DNA of 58,892 bases, the filler included. It is 3 parts of 3 records of this genome, joined end to end, with 100 filler letters (N's around TTAATTAATTAA, not from the genome) between each part and the next. Parts side by side here need not be neighbours in the genome. Positions count along the whole stretch, not along the records: positions 27,414 to 58,892 come from SRR20825006_508; 2 more parts are not named here. One strand, written 5' to 3'. The notes beneath the pieces were generated by a model, which did no database searches, was not told where the DNA came from, and saw only the letters and a program-made list of their open reading frames with translations. This document shows, piece after piece, positions 29,544-39,618 of the stretch. Position numbers and translations under genes: made by a program. Position 1 is the stretch's first letter. Every line of letters starts with the position of its first letter.

Positions 29544-30473
29544 ATGTATAGAAAAATCGTGATTGGAATTTATTTGATTCTGCTTGCCAGTGAGTACGGA
29601 TATGCAGAAGAGGGGGTGCCTTTAACGCGGCCGGATGGGTCTGCAATCACTTTCTACCTGGACAAGAAAGGAGGTCGGCATCTGCTGGTGCTGATGCAGG
29701 GGTCGGACTGCAATAGTGTGGTCCACAGCAAGGTGATTAATGATCGCTTTGCCATGGTGCTCGATGATGCGGATGTCCTTACGGTGGAGAAATATGGCCT
29801 TACCGGGTCGGTTCCCTGGAACGGTTCCGGTGATAGCCCGGCGTGTCCGCCATCGTATTATGAGCATGATTCTCCGCAACAGCGGGCGGACGACTATTTG
29901 CGGGTGATGTCCTGGCTGGAGGACCAATTTCACTATGACCACATCACGCTACTCGGGGGGAGCGAGGGGGCGCTGGTCGCGGCGATGGTGGCGTCCCGTA
30001 GTGATGCGGTGAGTGCAGTGATCTCGCTTAATGGCGGAGGCCGGTTTTTCGTTGATGATGTGCTGCACAGTATGGAACTTGAGCTTCCTCCAGCAGCATT
30101 CGAAGAGGCGAAACAGGGTTTTCTCGCGTTTGCCGCCTCTGTCGAAGCCGCCGAATACATGGACCTTGTGATGAGCGGCCATGGATTTCGTTGGTGGAAA
30201 AGCATGGTGGCAGCCGATCAGACTGAATTGCTGCTGAGCATCCGCGCTCCTTTGCTGATTATTCAGTCCGAACTGGATAAGAGTGTTTCGCCAAAGCTGG
30301 CTTATGCTCAAGCCAAAATACTAATGGAAAACCGGAATAACGTTGAATTTCGCACAGTTAAGGGAGTTGATCACAAGTTTCATGACCCTTCTGGAAAGGA
30401 TCGCTCAAGCGAAGTCGTTTCTTCGGTTAAAGAATGGCTAGGAAGTCACCAGTTAACAAACGAAACCCGATGA
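29544..30473 (+). CDS. Exported alpha/beta hydrolase
   Basis: Signal peptide, QGS oxyanion region, GGSEG nucleophile elbow, and the D (LDKSV) and H (VDHKF) triad residues. Confidence 0.8.
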   Translation: MYRKIVIGIYLILLASEYGYAEEGVPLTRPDGSAITFYLDKKGGRHLLVLMQGSDCNSVVHSKVINDRFAMVLDDADVLTVEKYGLTGSVPWNGSGDSPACPPSYYEHDSPQQRADDYLRVMSWLEDQFHYDHITLLGGSEGALVAAMVASRSDAVSAVISLNGGGRFFVDDVLHSMELELPPAAFEEAKQGFLAFAASVEAAEYMDLVMSGHGFRWWKSMVAADQTELLLSIRAPLLIIQSELDKSVSPKLAYAQAKILMENRNNVEFRTVKGVDHKFHDPSGKDRSSEVVSSVKEWLGSHQLTNETR

Positions 30474-30767
30474 TGTTGGTGCGCCAGGCAACAGGCACGT
30501 AAAGACATTTACCTGGAGCCAGCCGCAGCTGGAGTGTTTTGAGGTGGTGCTGTAAACCCCGACCCCGCACAGGAGCATTGCTGGCGGCGCGATAAAAAGC
30601 CGTTGAAAGTTGAAACGCGAAGCCGGGTCTGTGCCAACTTGCGTCTGGATGCTCCGCGCTCACCCTGCTTACATCGTAAACAGGGTAGGCACCTATGAGG
30701 TTCTAGTCCTTACTTTTCAACTTTCAACTCAGCCTGCCATCGTGCCGCCAGCCGCGCTCCTGCCGGA

Positions 30768-33700
30768 TTAACGTGGATCGCTGCTTTCATTGGATTTGCC
30801 GTCGTTGGCTTCCGGTGGCGGCGTATTGTCGTCTCCGTCCTCTCCTGATGTGCGCGTTTCCAGGTTGAGTTGCTCACCGTTGCTATTGCGGATATGGATA
30901 TCCAGCTGGCTGAAGGCAATTTCCACGTTGTGCTCATGGCACAGTGCGTCGATATGGCGGTTCAGTTCGTCGGTGGCGGCAAGACGGTCGTTGATGTCGT
31001 TCACGTGCACCCGCAGTTCGTGATCCAAGGTGCTGGCGCCAAAACCGAGGAACAAGACAACCGGTTCCGGATCACGCAGCACGCGGCTGTTTTCCTTGGC
31101 CACCTTTAACAGGATGTCCCGGCATTTCTGCAAATCGGAGCCGTAGGCGAAACCGACTTTGATAATGATCCGGGTCACCGTATCGGACAGGGACCAGTTG
31201 ATCAGCCGTTCGGTGACGAACACCTTGTTGGGGACCAGGATTTCCTTGCGGTCGAAGTCGATCAGAGTGGTGGCACGGATGCGAATCCGGCTGACGGTGC
31301 CATCCAGGTTGTTGATGGTAATCACGTCACCGATGCGGATCGGGCGCTCGAACAGCAGGATGATGCCGGAGATAAAGTTGGCAAAGATTTCCTGCAGGCC
31401 AAAGCCCAGCCCCACGCCCAGTGCGGCCACTAGCCATTGCATCTTGTCCCAGCTGAGTCCCAAAGCACCAAGCGTGAGGATGATGCCGCTGGCCACAATC
31501 ACGTAGGAGAGCAGTGTGGTGGTGGCATAACTGGTGCCTTGGCGCAGGTCCATGCGCGATAGCACCAGCACTTCCAGCAGGCCGGGCAGGTTGCTGGCCA
31601 GCAGGAAGGTCACGGCACCGATGACCAGTGAGGCAATCACGTCGCCCAGGCTGATGGGGGAGGTAGTGGCCGCCTGGCCGGTGCCTTCGGCGGTTTCCCA
31701 CAGGACAATGTTGTCGGTATAGGCGAAGGCATGCAGCACGTCTGCCCAGACCCAATACACCAGCAGGCCCACCACGGCCACCAGTGCCAGACGGATCAGG
31801 CGCAGGGATTGCTGGTTCACCTGTTTCAGATCCAGTTGAGGCTCTTCCACTTCTACGGCTTCGGCGCTGCTGGTTTCTTCTTTCTGTTCCGCTTCGCGTT
31901 GGGCTACAGCTCGTTTATAGGACAGACGCTGGGCGGCCACGGCAAGCCCGCGAACGGCGGTGGCATCGAGGACGATCCATAGTGCAATCAGGTAGAGGCT
32001 ATAGATCATGTGCCCGGTGAGGCGAACGGAAGTGTAGTAGTAGCCTACGCCGGTGAGAACGATGAGGGTGAGCGGGGCAAGAATGCACAGGGCGGTGGCC
32101 AGGGTGCGCATGGTGCGGCTGTAATGGCGGCCGGGGTAGGACTGGGCCACCCAGGGCAGGCTGACCATGATGGTAATCATGGACGCCATCATGATCACCA
32201 GGCCGAGACGGTCATTGCTGAGTTGAGCCGGCCATTGATCACCAAACGCTACCAAAAAGGTGAGAGGGATCAGGGCCAGGCCGGTGACTAGCAGGCGCCG
32301 CCGCATTTGATGGTTGTATTCCGCGCTCCAGCGGAAATGGCGCTGGGCGATGCCATTGGCCTTGAGCAGACGGTAGAGCACTTCAAATACCAGCCATAGC
32401 AGGGCGATCTGGGCCACGGCGGCACCCATCACGCTGGTAAAGGTGCCGGGCTGTACCCACAGGCCGGCAGCCAGCAAAACCAGGAAAAGCGGGACTGGGG
32501 CGGCTATCAGAAAGGTGTAAAGCAGGCTCAGGGGCGTGTGGGCCTGGCTGTCACGCCGCAGGAAACCCACATCCTTGTTCATTTCGTCGATGCGTCTTTT
32601 CAGTCTTCTGCGTATCGCGACCAATAGTGCTGCGGGGATCAGCAATCCGACCAGCCAGACCCATTTGCGGCTGAACAGGTCACCAGTGCCAATCCACAGG
32701 TCGTCCCAGGGAATGATTTTGAGTTGTTCCATCAACTCTTTCGGCAGCTTGCCGAGCCATTCGAAACTCAGGGGCTGGTTGCTGGGCATCCAGAATGTTT
32801 GTTCAGAAATGGTGTTGTGCAGGCTGCGGGTGATTTTGCGCAGTTGTTCATGGCTTAGCTGGGTGCGGGTGAGGATCGCTAACTGGCGGCTCAGTTCCTG
32901 GTCGAGCTGATCGTAAATGGCCAGCCGTTCTTCCCGGAGAATGGAAAAGGCTTGCTCCAGTGCCGGGGTCAGGGGTTCGTCGATCTGGTCTTGTGACGGT
33001 AGCGGCGCGTCATCCAGATCCTGCATGGCTCGCTCGATATCAAACTGGCTGAGGCGGGCGTCAGAAATATCCTTGTCCAGATTCAGTTCGCCCTGATCCT
33101 GGGGCAGGCTTTTTTGCTGTTCGTACAGAATGCGCGATAGCAGCAAGCTGCCATCCAGCATGCGAATCTGGTCGTTGACGGTGGATGATAATGAGCGCGC
33201 CTTGTCCAGTTCCGTCTTGGTGTTGACCGCTTCGCGCAGCAAGCTGTTGACGCTCTCACTGGCACTGGCCAGTTGTTCGCGCAGGGCCTGGTTTTTTTCC
33301 ATGGCCTTGCGAACCTGGGGGTGGTCCAAAACACTTGGCGGCAGGTCGGTTTCCGGGGAATTGGCGGTTGCTTCCAGTTGATTCAGGCGACGTTCATTGA
33401 TCAATGGCTGGAGGGCGTCCAGTTTGGCTTCGATGATCAGCTGTTGCTGTTTGTCAGTCTGTTGTCGCAGGCGAGCAATATCCTGCTGTTTGTCAACGAT
33501 GGCCAGTTCCTGGTTGTAACGCTCGATGCGCGACTCCAGGGCTTTTATTTCCGTATTCAGCGTTGCTGTCTGCAATTCAGACAAGGTTTCGCCTTCTTCG
33601 TCTACGCCCTGGTTGAGGCGGGTACGGACGGTATCCAGCCGGTCCATGGCGTTGCTGATTACGTTTTGGGCCTGTTCTGGCAGGGTCTGGGCGCGGGTCA

Positions 33701-34121
33701 GGTCGCTGTTGGCGTCAGCCAGGTCTTCCTGGTTGGTTTCCAGGGCATCGAGTTCACTGACTAGCGCTTTTACCAGGTTGTCCAGGCTGTCGCTGGCGTA
33801 GTGTTTAGCCCAGTCGGTTTCACGTTCCTGACGCAGGCGCGTGAGTTTGGCATTCAGCTGCCTGCGCTGGCCGGCAGCTTCACGGGAAAAGGTTTTCAGG
33901 TCCTCGATTTTTTCCTGATTGCTGTCGATTTCCTGGCGGAATTTCAGGGTCTGCTTGAGTTGTTCTTTATCGGGGTTTTCTGTGCCGTCAGATTTTTTAT
34001 CACTGGTTTCGGTGAGCTGCTTTTGCAGATCGCCAACGCCGGGCAGGGAGAAGCTGCTTGTCTGCGCCATGGCGAGAGCGGGGAGTAGTAACAGCAGTGC
34101 GATAGGCAGTCGTCGATCCAT
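30768..34121 (-). CDS. mscK: Mechanosensitive channel MscK/KefA
   Basis: Signal peptide, long periplasmic coiled coil, TM region and MscS core (GLGFGLQEIFANFISG, ERPIRIGD, VPNK, NWSLSD). Start chosen at MDRRLP. Confidence 0.92.
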   Translation of the reverse strand: MDRRLPIALLLLLPALAMAQTSSFSLPGVGDLQKQLTETSDKKSDGTENPDKEQLKQTLKFRQEIDSNQEKIEDLKTFSREAAGQRRQLNAKLTRLRQERETDWAKHYASDSLDNLVKALVSELDALETNQEDLADANSDLTRAQTLPEQAQNVISNAMDRLDTVRTRLNQGVDEEGETLSELQTATLNTEIKALESRIERYNQELAIVDKQQDIARLRQQTDKQQQLIIEAKLDALQPLINERRLNQLEATANSPETDLPPSVLDHPQVRKAMEKNQALREQLASASESVNSLLREAVNTKTELDKARSLSSTVNDQIRMLDGSLLLSRILYEQQKSLPQDQGELNLDKDISDARLSQFDIERAMQDLDDAPLPSQDQIDEPLTPALEQAFSILREERLAIYDQLDQELSRQLAILTRTQLSHEQLRKITRSLHNTISEQTFWMPSNQPLSFEWLGKLPKELMEQLKIIPWDDLWIGTGDLFSRKWVWLVGLLIPAALLVAIRRRLKRRIDEMNKDVGFLRRDSQAHTPLSLLYTFLIAAPVPLFLVLLAAGLWVQPGTFTSVMGAAVAQIALLWLVFEVLYRLLKANGIAQRHFRWSAEYNHQMRRRLLVTGLALIPLTFLVAFGDQWPAQLSNDRLGLVIMMASMITIMVSLPWVAQSYPGRHYSRTMRTLATALCILAPLTLIVLTGVGYYYTSVRLTGHMIYSLYLIALWIVLDATAVRGLAVAAQRLSYKRAVAQREAEQKEETSSAEAVEVEEPQLDLKQVNQQSLRLIRLALVAVVGLLVYWVWADVLHAFAYTDNIVLWETAEGTGQAATTSPISLGDVIASLVIGAVTFLLASNLPGLLEVLVLSRMDLRQGTSYATTTLLSYVIVASGIILTLGALGLSWDKMQWLVAALGVGLGFGLQEIFANFISGIILLFERPIRIGDVITINNLDGTVSRIRIRATTLIDFDRKEILVPNKVFVTERLINWSLSDTVTRIIIKVGFAYGSDLQKCRDILLKVAKENSRVLRDPEPVVLFLGFGASTLDHELRVHVNDINDRLAATDELNRHIDALCHEHNVEIAFSQLDIHIRNSNGEQLNLETRTSGEDGDDNTPPPEANDGKSNESSDPR

Positions 34122-34224
34122 AACAGCTGGGGCTCCGGATGAGTGATGGTGTCTTTGTATCACAGGGCCGGGATCTTTGCTTTCCCGGGGTGTCTGCGGC
34201 GCTGGCGGAATGCACAGGATATGT

Positions 34225-34887
34225 TCAGCGGTTCCTGATACGGCGAAGCAGCTGGCGAACCAGGCCGAGTTCCCTGTCGCTGGCCAGCGGTAACAATTCG
34301 TCCACCCACTGGTGAAGGTTTTCGTTGGGCTGGATTTGCAGCGCCGCCAGTAGCTGATGCAGGGCTCGCCGGGTGTGGCCAAATGTGGCCGGGTTGACCT
34401 CGACCGGGAGTGCGGGTGGTCGCTTGCGCAATTCCCACGCATAGACCATTACGGCTTGCGCCAGGTTCAGTGAGGGTTGCTCCTGTGCCAGGGGGATACT
34501 GCTGGCCAGATCGCAGCGGGCCACTTCCTCGCCGGTCAGGCCGCTGGCTTCCCGGCCGAAGACGATGGCCACCCGCTGCACGCTGTTTCCCTTGCCGGCG
34601 ACCAGTTCGGCGCATTGATCCGCATCCACATAACGGTCTTTCTGCAGGCGGTGCCGGGCGGTACAGGCAATACTCAGGTCCACATCAACCAGCGCCTGCT
34701 CCAGGGTGTCCACGATCACGGCCTGCTCCAGCACCTCGTTGCTGTGGTGGGCAACCCATTGTGCTGCGCGCATGTCGCCGGGGTTAACCAGCCGTAACTG
34801 GTTGAAACCCATGGTTTTGATGGCGCGTGCAGCGGCGCCGATGTTTTCCCCGCGGGCGGGCTCTACCAGAACAAAAACGATGTCCAT
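34225..34887 (-). CDS. TrmJ/LasT family RNA methyltransferase
   Basis: VLVEPARGENIGAAARAIKTMG, FGREASGL and SLNLAQAV motifs. Confidence 0.9.
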   Translation of the reverse strand: MDIVFVLVEPARGENIGAAARAIKTMGFNQLRLVNPGDMRAAQWVAHHSNEVLEQAVIVDTLEQALVDVDLSIACTARHRLQKDRYVDADQCAELVAGKGNSVQRVAIVFGREASGLTGEEVARCDLASSIPLAQEQPSLNLAQAVMVYAWELRKRPPALPVEVNPATFGHTRRALHQLLAALQIQPNENLHQWVDELLPLASDRELGLVRQLLRRIRNR

Positions 34888-35110
34888 CTATTGTCACTTC
34901 TTCATGGCAGGGTGAGCAGGTGCCCATTCTATACGAGGGCGGATACCGGGAGGAGGCAAAGCAGGTGGCGGCATCACGGGCAGAACCAGCCTGTCAGAAA
35001 ATGTCCATTTTTTGTCCGGCTCAGCCCTTGGGTTGGGTACCCGTGTTGTTTATTGTTTGATCAATAAACACAAAAAGTTACACAACGACAATAACGGGAG
35101 GGGACACCCC

Positions 35111-36142
35111 ATGAAGATGCTTGCTCTCACCGGCCTGCTGGCCGCCGCTGTTCTGTCATCGCCTGCCCAGGCGTTCCAACAGATTACCCACAAACGCATT
35201 GCCATCGATGCCGTCAACTACATGAAGGCACACCCGAGCACCACGGAGTACAACCGCCTGAAGAGCTGGGTTAACGCAGCCGGCTACAGCATGGACCAGT
35301 TTGCGGAAGTGATTGGTCAGGGCGCCTACGACGTGGATGATTTCCAGGATACTTACCTGTGTGGCGCCGTCACCGGGGACTGCGTGTATGCGCCAGTCTT
35401 CAATGCCGGGGCTTCACTGGTAAATTACACCTCTTACTGGCATTTCCAGAACCACACCCGCGGGTCCGACGTGCACGGTAATGACCTGGGTGGCTATAAC
35501 TACGACCTGCTCACCGTCTGGGGCGATATCGACAACCTGGCCGCCACCTGGCTGGTGGGCGACTACATGGACGATGGCAACGGCGGCATGACCGGTTGGT
35601 GTTTCTGGAGTTGCGCGGATGACAGCGAGTACAACACCTACGGCGTGACGGAAGCCAACTATCGTCAGGGCAGTACCTCCAGCAAGTCCATGTACGATGA
35701 CTTCGAGGAAATGCCGTTCCAGCCCATCGATAACCTGGGCCAGTACTGGTACAGCCAGTTCCTCTCCAACCCCACCGCCCAGACCCTGGGTTTCGTGATG
35801 CACACCACCGACCTGTTGCAGCCGCACCACGTGTGGACGACCTCGGCGCTGAATCACAGTGGCTGGGAATCCTGGGTGGCGGATTACTACGACAGTGAAA
35901 ACCTGAATAACAGCGCTTTGGTGGATCAGGCCCTGCTGGATTTCACCCCGCTTTCCACTGCCAGCAATGACATCCGCCCCTTGCTGACGCAAGGCGGTGC
36001 CATGGCTTACAGCAATGGCGGGATCGTGCTCTCCAGCACCGATCATGCAGACCGGGTGCAGGTGGCGCAGGTGGTGATCCCCCATGCCATCGCCATGGTG
36101 GTGCATGTGCTGAATCATGCCGCTGTGAAGGTTAATCCCTGA
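35111..36142 (+). CDS. plcB: Secreted zinc-dependent phospholipase C, PlcB-like
   Basis: Signal peptide, then FQQITH, DVDD, YWHF, HTTDLLQPHH and HSGWE zinc-ligand motifs. It is followed by a PPIase and a small protein, as in P. aeruginosa plcB-PA0027-PA0028. Confidence 0.75.
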   Translation: MKMLALTGLLAAAVLSSPAQAFQQITHKRIAIDAVNYMKAHPSTTEYNRLKSWVNAAGYSMDQFAEVIGQGAYDVDDFQDTYLCGAVTGDCVYAPVFNAGASLVNYTSYWHFQNHTRGSDVHGNDLGGYNYDLLTVWGDIDNLAATWLVGDYMDDGNGGMTGWCFWSCADDSEYNTYGVTEANYRQGSTSSKSMYDDFEEMPFQPIDNLGQYWYSQFLSNPTAQTLGFVMHTTDLLQPHHVWTTSALNHSGWESWVADYYDSENLNNSALVDQALLDFTPLSTASNDIRPLLTQGGAMAYSNGGIVLSSTDHADRVQVAQVVIPHAIAMVVHVLNHAAVKVNP

Positions 36143-36255
36143 TAAGAAGACACAACAAGCGGGCATGCATCACGCTACACGTAAAAGCACGTGCGGGGAG
36201 ATGCGTGTCCGCGTTGTACCAATAAGTACCAATAACAAGATAGAGGAAAGCGGCC

Positions 36256-37623
36256 ATGGGATTACATCGATGGGTGTTAGCCATTGGGTTCGCGGCAGTT
36301 GCGCTGGCTGGCTATGCCAGCTGGCAGCGTTGGGGGCCGTTGCCCGATAACGTGGCAGCAAGCGTGGATGGCAGCGTGATTCCGGTGGATACCCTGAATG
36401 TGTTTGTGGCCGCTGCCCGTCGCAGCGATCCCGAGGTCAGCCGCGAAGCGGTGCTCAAGGGGCTGGTGGAAAACCGGCTATTGGCGGCACTGGCCCACGA
36501 GCAGGATGACCCATCGGCGCACGATCATGCTGACGCCAGCCGGGTGGGCTACGACGCCAAGACTCGTCACGAACAACAACGTTTCAAGCTGATTCGTACC
36601 GCTTTTGCCGACGCACTGCGCGTGGCGGTGGAAGAGAGCGGCACAGCAAACAGCCTGGATTATCTTGCCGCGCCCCTGGTGCTGTCTGATGAGGCGTTGG
36701 CTCCTTTGTTGACGCTGGAACAGGCGTTATACGCCACCATGACCGAGGCGCAGCAGCAGGCAGCCAGCCAGCTGGTGATTGCCCGCTACCGGTTTACGGA
36801 GGATCAGCCTGAGCAGACACTGACGCTGTGGGATCTGTACCGCCGGCAGAACATCCAGCTGAAAGTGCAGATGCACAACCTCAATACCGGCTTCATCCGT
36901 GAAGCGATCAAGCAGCAGCTCACCATGGAGTTTGTGTTCTACTGGTTTGATCAACGCTCCGGTTTGTCGGCCGATGCTGTCGCGGCAGTGGATGACTGTA
37001 TTGATGACGCCATGCGCCGCGATGAGCTGCTCCATGACCTGGGGTTGATGCACGATATCCATGACGATAATCCGCAGTTACGGGCTTTGGCGGCTGAAGT
37101 GAGCCAGGAGCAGATCGCTGCGTATTACCAACAGCATCAGGACGAATTCACCCGTGTGGAGCGTGTGCATGCCTACCATCTGAGGGTAGATAGCCAGGCC
37201 GAGGCGGACCGGATTTATGCCGAACTGCTGACCATTCAACAAGACGATAACGCCAATTCCGGCGAGGCGTTCGCCGACGCGGTGGCGCGCTACTCCGTTG
37301 CCGAGGATCGCGATCAGGGCGGGGCGCTGGGCTGGATAGACCGTGATAGCCGTGAGGATCACTGGACCCAGGCACTGGCGTTTGTGCAACCGGCTCAGCG
37401 AGTATCACCGCCGTTCCGCAGCCCGACCACAGACAGTGCCCCTTATTGGGAGCTACTCTGGGTGGACCAGAAAGAAATGGGCTATCAACCTGTGGACAGT
37501 GAATCGGTGCGTTATCGCGCAGCCCAGGCCATTGCCCGGGAGCAGATGCAGCAGCGGTTCCACACCTTGCTGGCAGAGGTCACCGAGGCGGCATCGTTGC
37601 GAGTCAATAACGAGGTGTTGTGA
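36256..37623 (+). CDS. PpiC/parvulin-type peptidyl-prolyl isomerase (PA0027-like)
   Basis: N-terminal anchor, a SurA-like N domain, and HLRV, FADAVARYS and GGALGWI motifs. Confidence 0.75.
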   Translation: MGLHRWVLAIGFAAVALAGYASWQRWGPLPDNVAASVDGSVIPVDTLNVFVAAARRSDPEVSREAVLKGLVENRLLAALAHEQDDPSAHDHADASRVGYDAKTRHEQQRFKLIRTAFADALRVAVEESGTANSLDYLAAPLVLSDEALAPLLTLEQALYATMTEAQQQAASQLVIARYRFTEDQPEQTLTLWDLYRRQNIQLKVQMHNLNTGFIREAIKQQLTMEFVFYWFDQRSGLSADAVAAVDDCIDDAMRRDELLHDLGLMHDIHDDNPQLRALAAEVSQEQIAAYYQQHQDEFTRVERVHAYHLRVDSQAEADRIYAELLTIQQDDNANSGEAFADAVARYSVAEDRDQGGALGWIDRDSREDHWTQALAFVQPAQRVSPPFRSPTTDSAPYWELLWVDQKEMGYQPVDSESVRYRAAQAIAREQMQQRFHTLLAEVTEAASLRVNNEVL

Positions 37624-38288
37624 TGGCGGCGGGAGAGTGCCGGCCAAGCCGGATGGGGAGCTATCAGCGCCAGCAGGGCCTGTTGCGCCCTGGGTTGCTG
37701 GTCGGGTTGTTGATAGCCGCGGGCGCCAGCGCCTATTGGCTGTTGCCCCCAGCGGCACCGGCAGGCCAGACAGCGGCGGGTGTTACTGCGGACACGAGCT
37801 CTGATGCTGACCCTAAAGAGGAAGCCACAGCGAGGCCGGCGGCCCTGCCGATGATCGATACGGTGGCGGAACGCCGGCTGCCACCGCCCGACGCCCGTAT
37901 TGAGCGTAACCCCGCTGCGGTGCCGACGCCCTCACCGCGGGCAGTGGCGGCGCTACGCGAAAGCATGCGCAATGGCGACCCGCGCACGCCGCCGCTGGTG
38001 CGCAATACGGATTTACGCGAACCGCCCAGCGCGGCCGAACTGGCAGACCCGTCGCTATATCAGCAATACGAAGCGCGCCAGAATCAGCAGGTGCGTGCTT
38101 CATTCGTGGCGGCGGCGAATCGCAAAATGGCGGAACTGGAAGGGTTGATCGCCGAGGGTAAGGAATTCGGCATTGCCCCTGAACAACTGGAGGAAGGCAT
38201 CGCCAAACTGGACAAGCTGCGTGAACAGCGAGATCAGTTAGTGGCGCAGCAGCCTGAGCTTGGCGCAGACGATAGTGCACAGGACTGA
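37620..38288 (+). CDS. Membrane-anchored hypothetical protein (PA0028-like)
   Basis: One TM helix, a Pro-rich linker (GDPRTPP) and a helical C-terminus; third gene of the plcB unit. Confidence 0.6.
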   Translation: MMAAGECRPSRMGSYQRQQGLLRPGLLVGLLIAAGASAYWLLPPAAPAGQTAAGVTADTSSDADPKEEATARPAALPMIDTVAERRLPPPDARIERNPAAVPTPSPRAVAALRESMRNGDPRTPPLVRNTDLREPPSAAELADPSLYQQYEARQNQQVRASFVAAANRKMAELEGLIAEGKEFGIAPEQLEEGIAKLDKLREQRDQLVAQQPELGADDSAQD

Positions 38289-39196
38289 GCGTTCAGCTCG
38301 CTGACACTGTCTTGAATCGCGGTATCGTCCGGGGCAATGGATAGCGCCTGGCAGATACTCTGTTTGGCCTGCTTGGTGTTGCCAGCGGCTTGCTGAGCAT
38401 AGGCCAGATTGTTCCAGGCGGCAGCCAGTTGCGGTGCATAGCGTACGGCTTTCTCAAACGCTGCCAGCGCCTCTTCCTGCTTATCCTGTGCCCACAGGGC
38501 ATTGCCATAACCAAACCACAGCTGCCCGCTTTGCGGGAAGGCTTCCACGGCAGCGGGCCAGAAGGCGGCGCTATTGGGGAGCGGCGAGATCGCCCGGAAC
38601 AGGGCATCAGGCTTGGCACTGGCGGGCAACTGGCCGGCTTCCACCAGCGTGAACCCCCATTGATCGGCTCTCGCCCAGGTGCGAATAAAGCGGTTCCAGT
38701 GGCTGCTGTCGCTCTGGGTGGTGCCACTGTGCAGCACCACGGTATCGCCCTGATTCCGGTAGCCGGTGACCACAGCGAAATGCCATTTTGGCCAGCTGGG
38801 TAGCGCCAAATTCTGCATTACCAGCACCGGGCGGTTGGCCTGCAATTCCTGAAACAACGCCTCGGCGGATTCCACCGGGTAGGCCATCAGGCCACGGCTG
38901 CGGGCGGCGGCGCGCAATTCGATACCCAGTGAGCCTTTGCGCTCCGGTAGCCAGACCTCGTCCACCAGGGTGTCGGCGCTGACAGGCTTGCCAGCCCATT
39001 GCAGCATCATCGCCAGCGCGGCCGGGCCACACTGGTAGGCATCCTGGGGGACAAAGGGCACCACCACCTGTTGTTCGGTGTGCACGGTGGCGCTTTGCGG
39101 CGGGGGAAAACTCTGGCAACCGCTCAGCGTCAGCAAACCGGTAACCAGCAAGGCGGCCTGCTTTCCGGAAAACAGGCCGCGTAATGCCATTACCAT
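38234..39196 (-). CDS. PA2778-family C39-like cysteine peptidase lipoprotein with TPRs
   Basis: Lipobox LSGC, then QCGPAALA, WHFAVVTG, LHSG and C-terminal TPRs (AWNNLA). Confidence 0.85.
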   Translation of the reverse strand: MVMALRGLFSGKQAALLVTGLLTLSGCQSFPPPQSATVHTEQQVVVPFVPQDAYQCGPAALAMMLQWAGKPVSADTLVDEVWLPERKGSLGIELRAAARSRGLMAYPVESAEALFQELQANRPVLVMQNLALPSWPKWHFAVVTGYRNQGDTVVLHSGTTQSDSSHWNRFIRTWARADQWGFTLVEAGQLPASAKPDALFRAISPLPNSAAFWPAAVEAFPQSGQLWFGYGNALWAQDKQEEALAAFEKAVRYAPQLAAAWNNLAYAQQAAGNTKQAKQSICQALSIAPDDTAIQDSVSELNAQSCALSSAPSSGCCATN

Positions 39197-39591
39197 TAGT
39201 TCACCGGATCAATCACCGGGAACACATCGGTGGCGCCGAGCAAATCCAGAATAACCAGTACCAGAATGATGGCGAGCACTACGCCCAGTACACCTTGGCC
39301 AGCAGGCAGCTCTTCCGATTTCTGTGCCAGCTGCTGTAGCTCAGCATCAGTGAGGCGATCCAGTCGCTGGCTGACTTGCTCTTCGTTGACCCCGTATTCG
39401 CTCAATGCCTGGGCGGCCACCTTGTGATCCATCAGCTGCATCACCTGCTGCTTCATGGCGGCGCGGTCCTGTTGCTGGATCACGGTGTCATTGCCAATCA
39501 TGGCGGCCTGGGCCGCAGGTACGATCAGCAGCTGCATGAACAGCAGCATAAAGGCACTGATGATGCCGGTAACGCGCTTTGAGGTTGTCAT
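39196..39591 (-). CDS. PA2779-family protein
   Basis: Signal peptide AQAAMIG, RLDRLTDAEL..LA...PAG and a hydrophobic tail ending LLGATDVF. Confidence 0.85.
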   Translation of the reverse strand: MTTSKRVTGIISAFMLLFMQLLIVPAAQAAMIGNDTVIQQQDRAAMKQQVMQLMDHKVAAQALSEYGVNEEQVSQRLDRLTDAELQQLAQKSEELPAGQGVLGVVLAIILVLVILDLLGATDVFPVIDPVN

Positions 39592-39618
39592 GGATGCATC
39601 TCCTGAAAATTGGAAGCG

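Noticed and set aside
29544-30500. Alpha/beta hydrolase as a third integron cassette
   Set aside because: It has a long upstream region, and no L/R-box attC structure follows its stop.
30602-30728. GTTGAAAG motifs as CRISPR repeat ends
   Set aside because: There are only two inverted arms, no regularly spaced direct repeats and no cas genes.
34122-34442. N-terminal extensions in the ORF track (mscK to 34442, selU to 47321, glnA to 21235, hpnC from 18069, FabG4-like to 58431)
   Set aside because: They overlap neighbouring genes or promoter regions. Downstream starts match the family N-termini or signal peptides.
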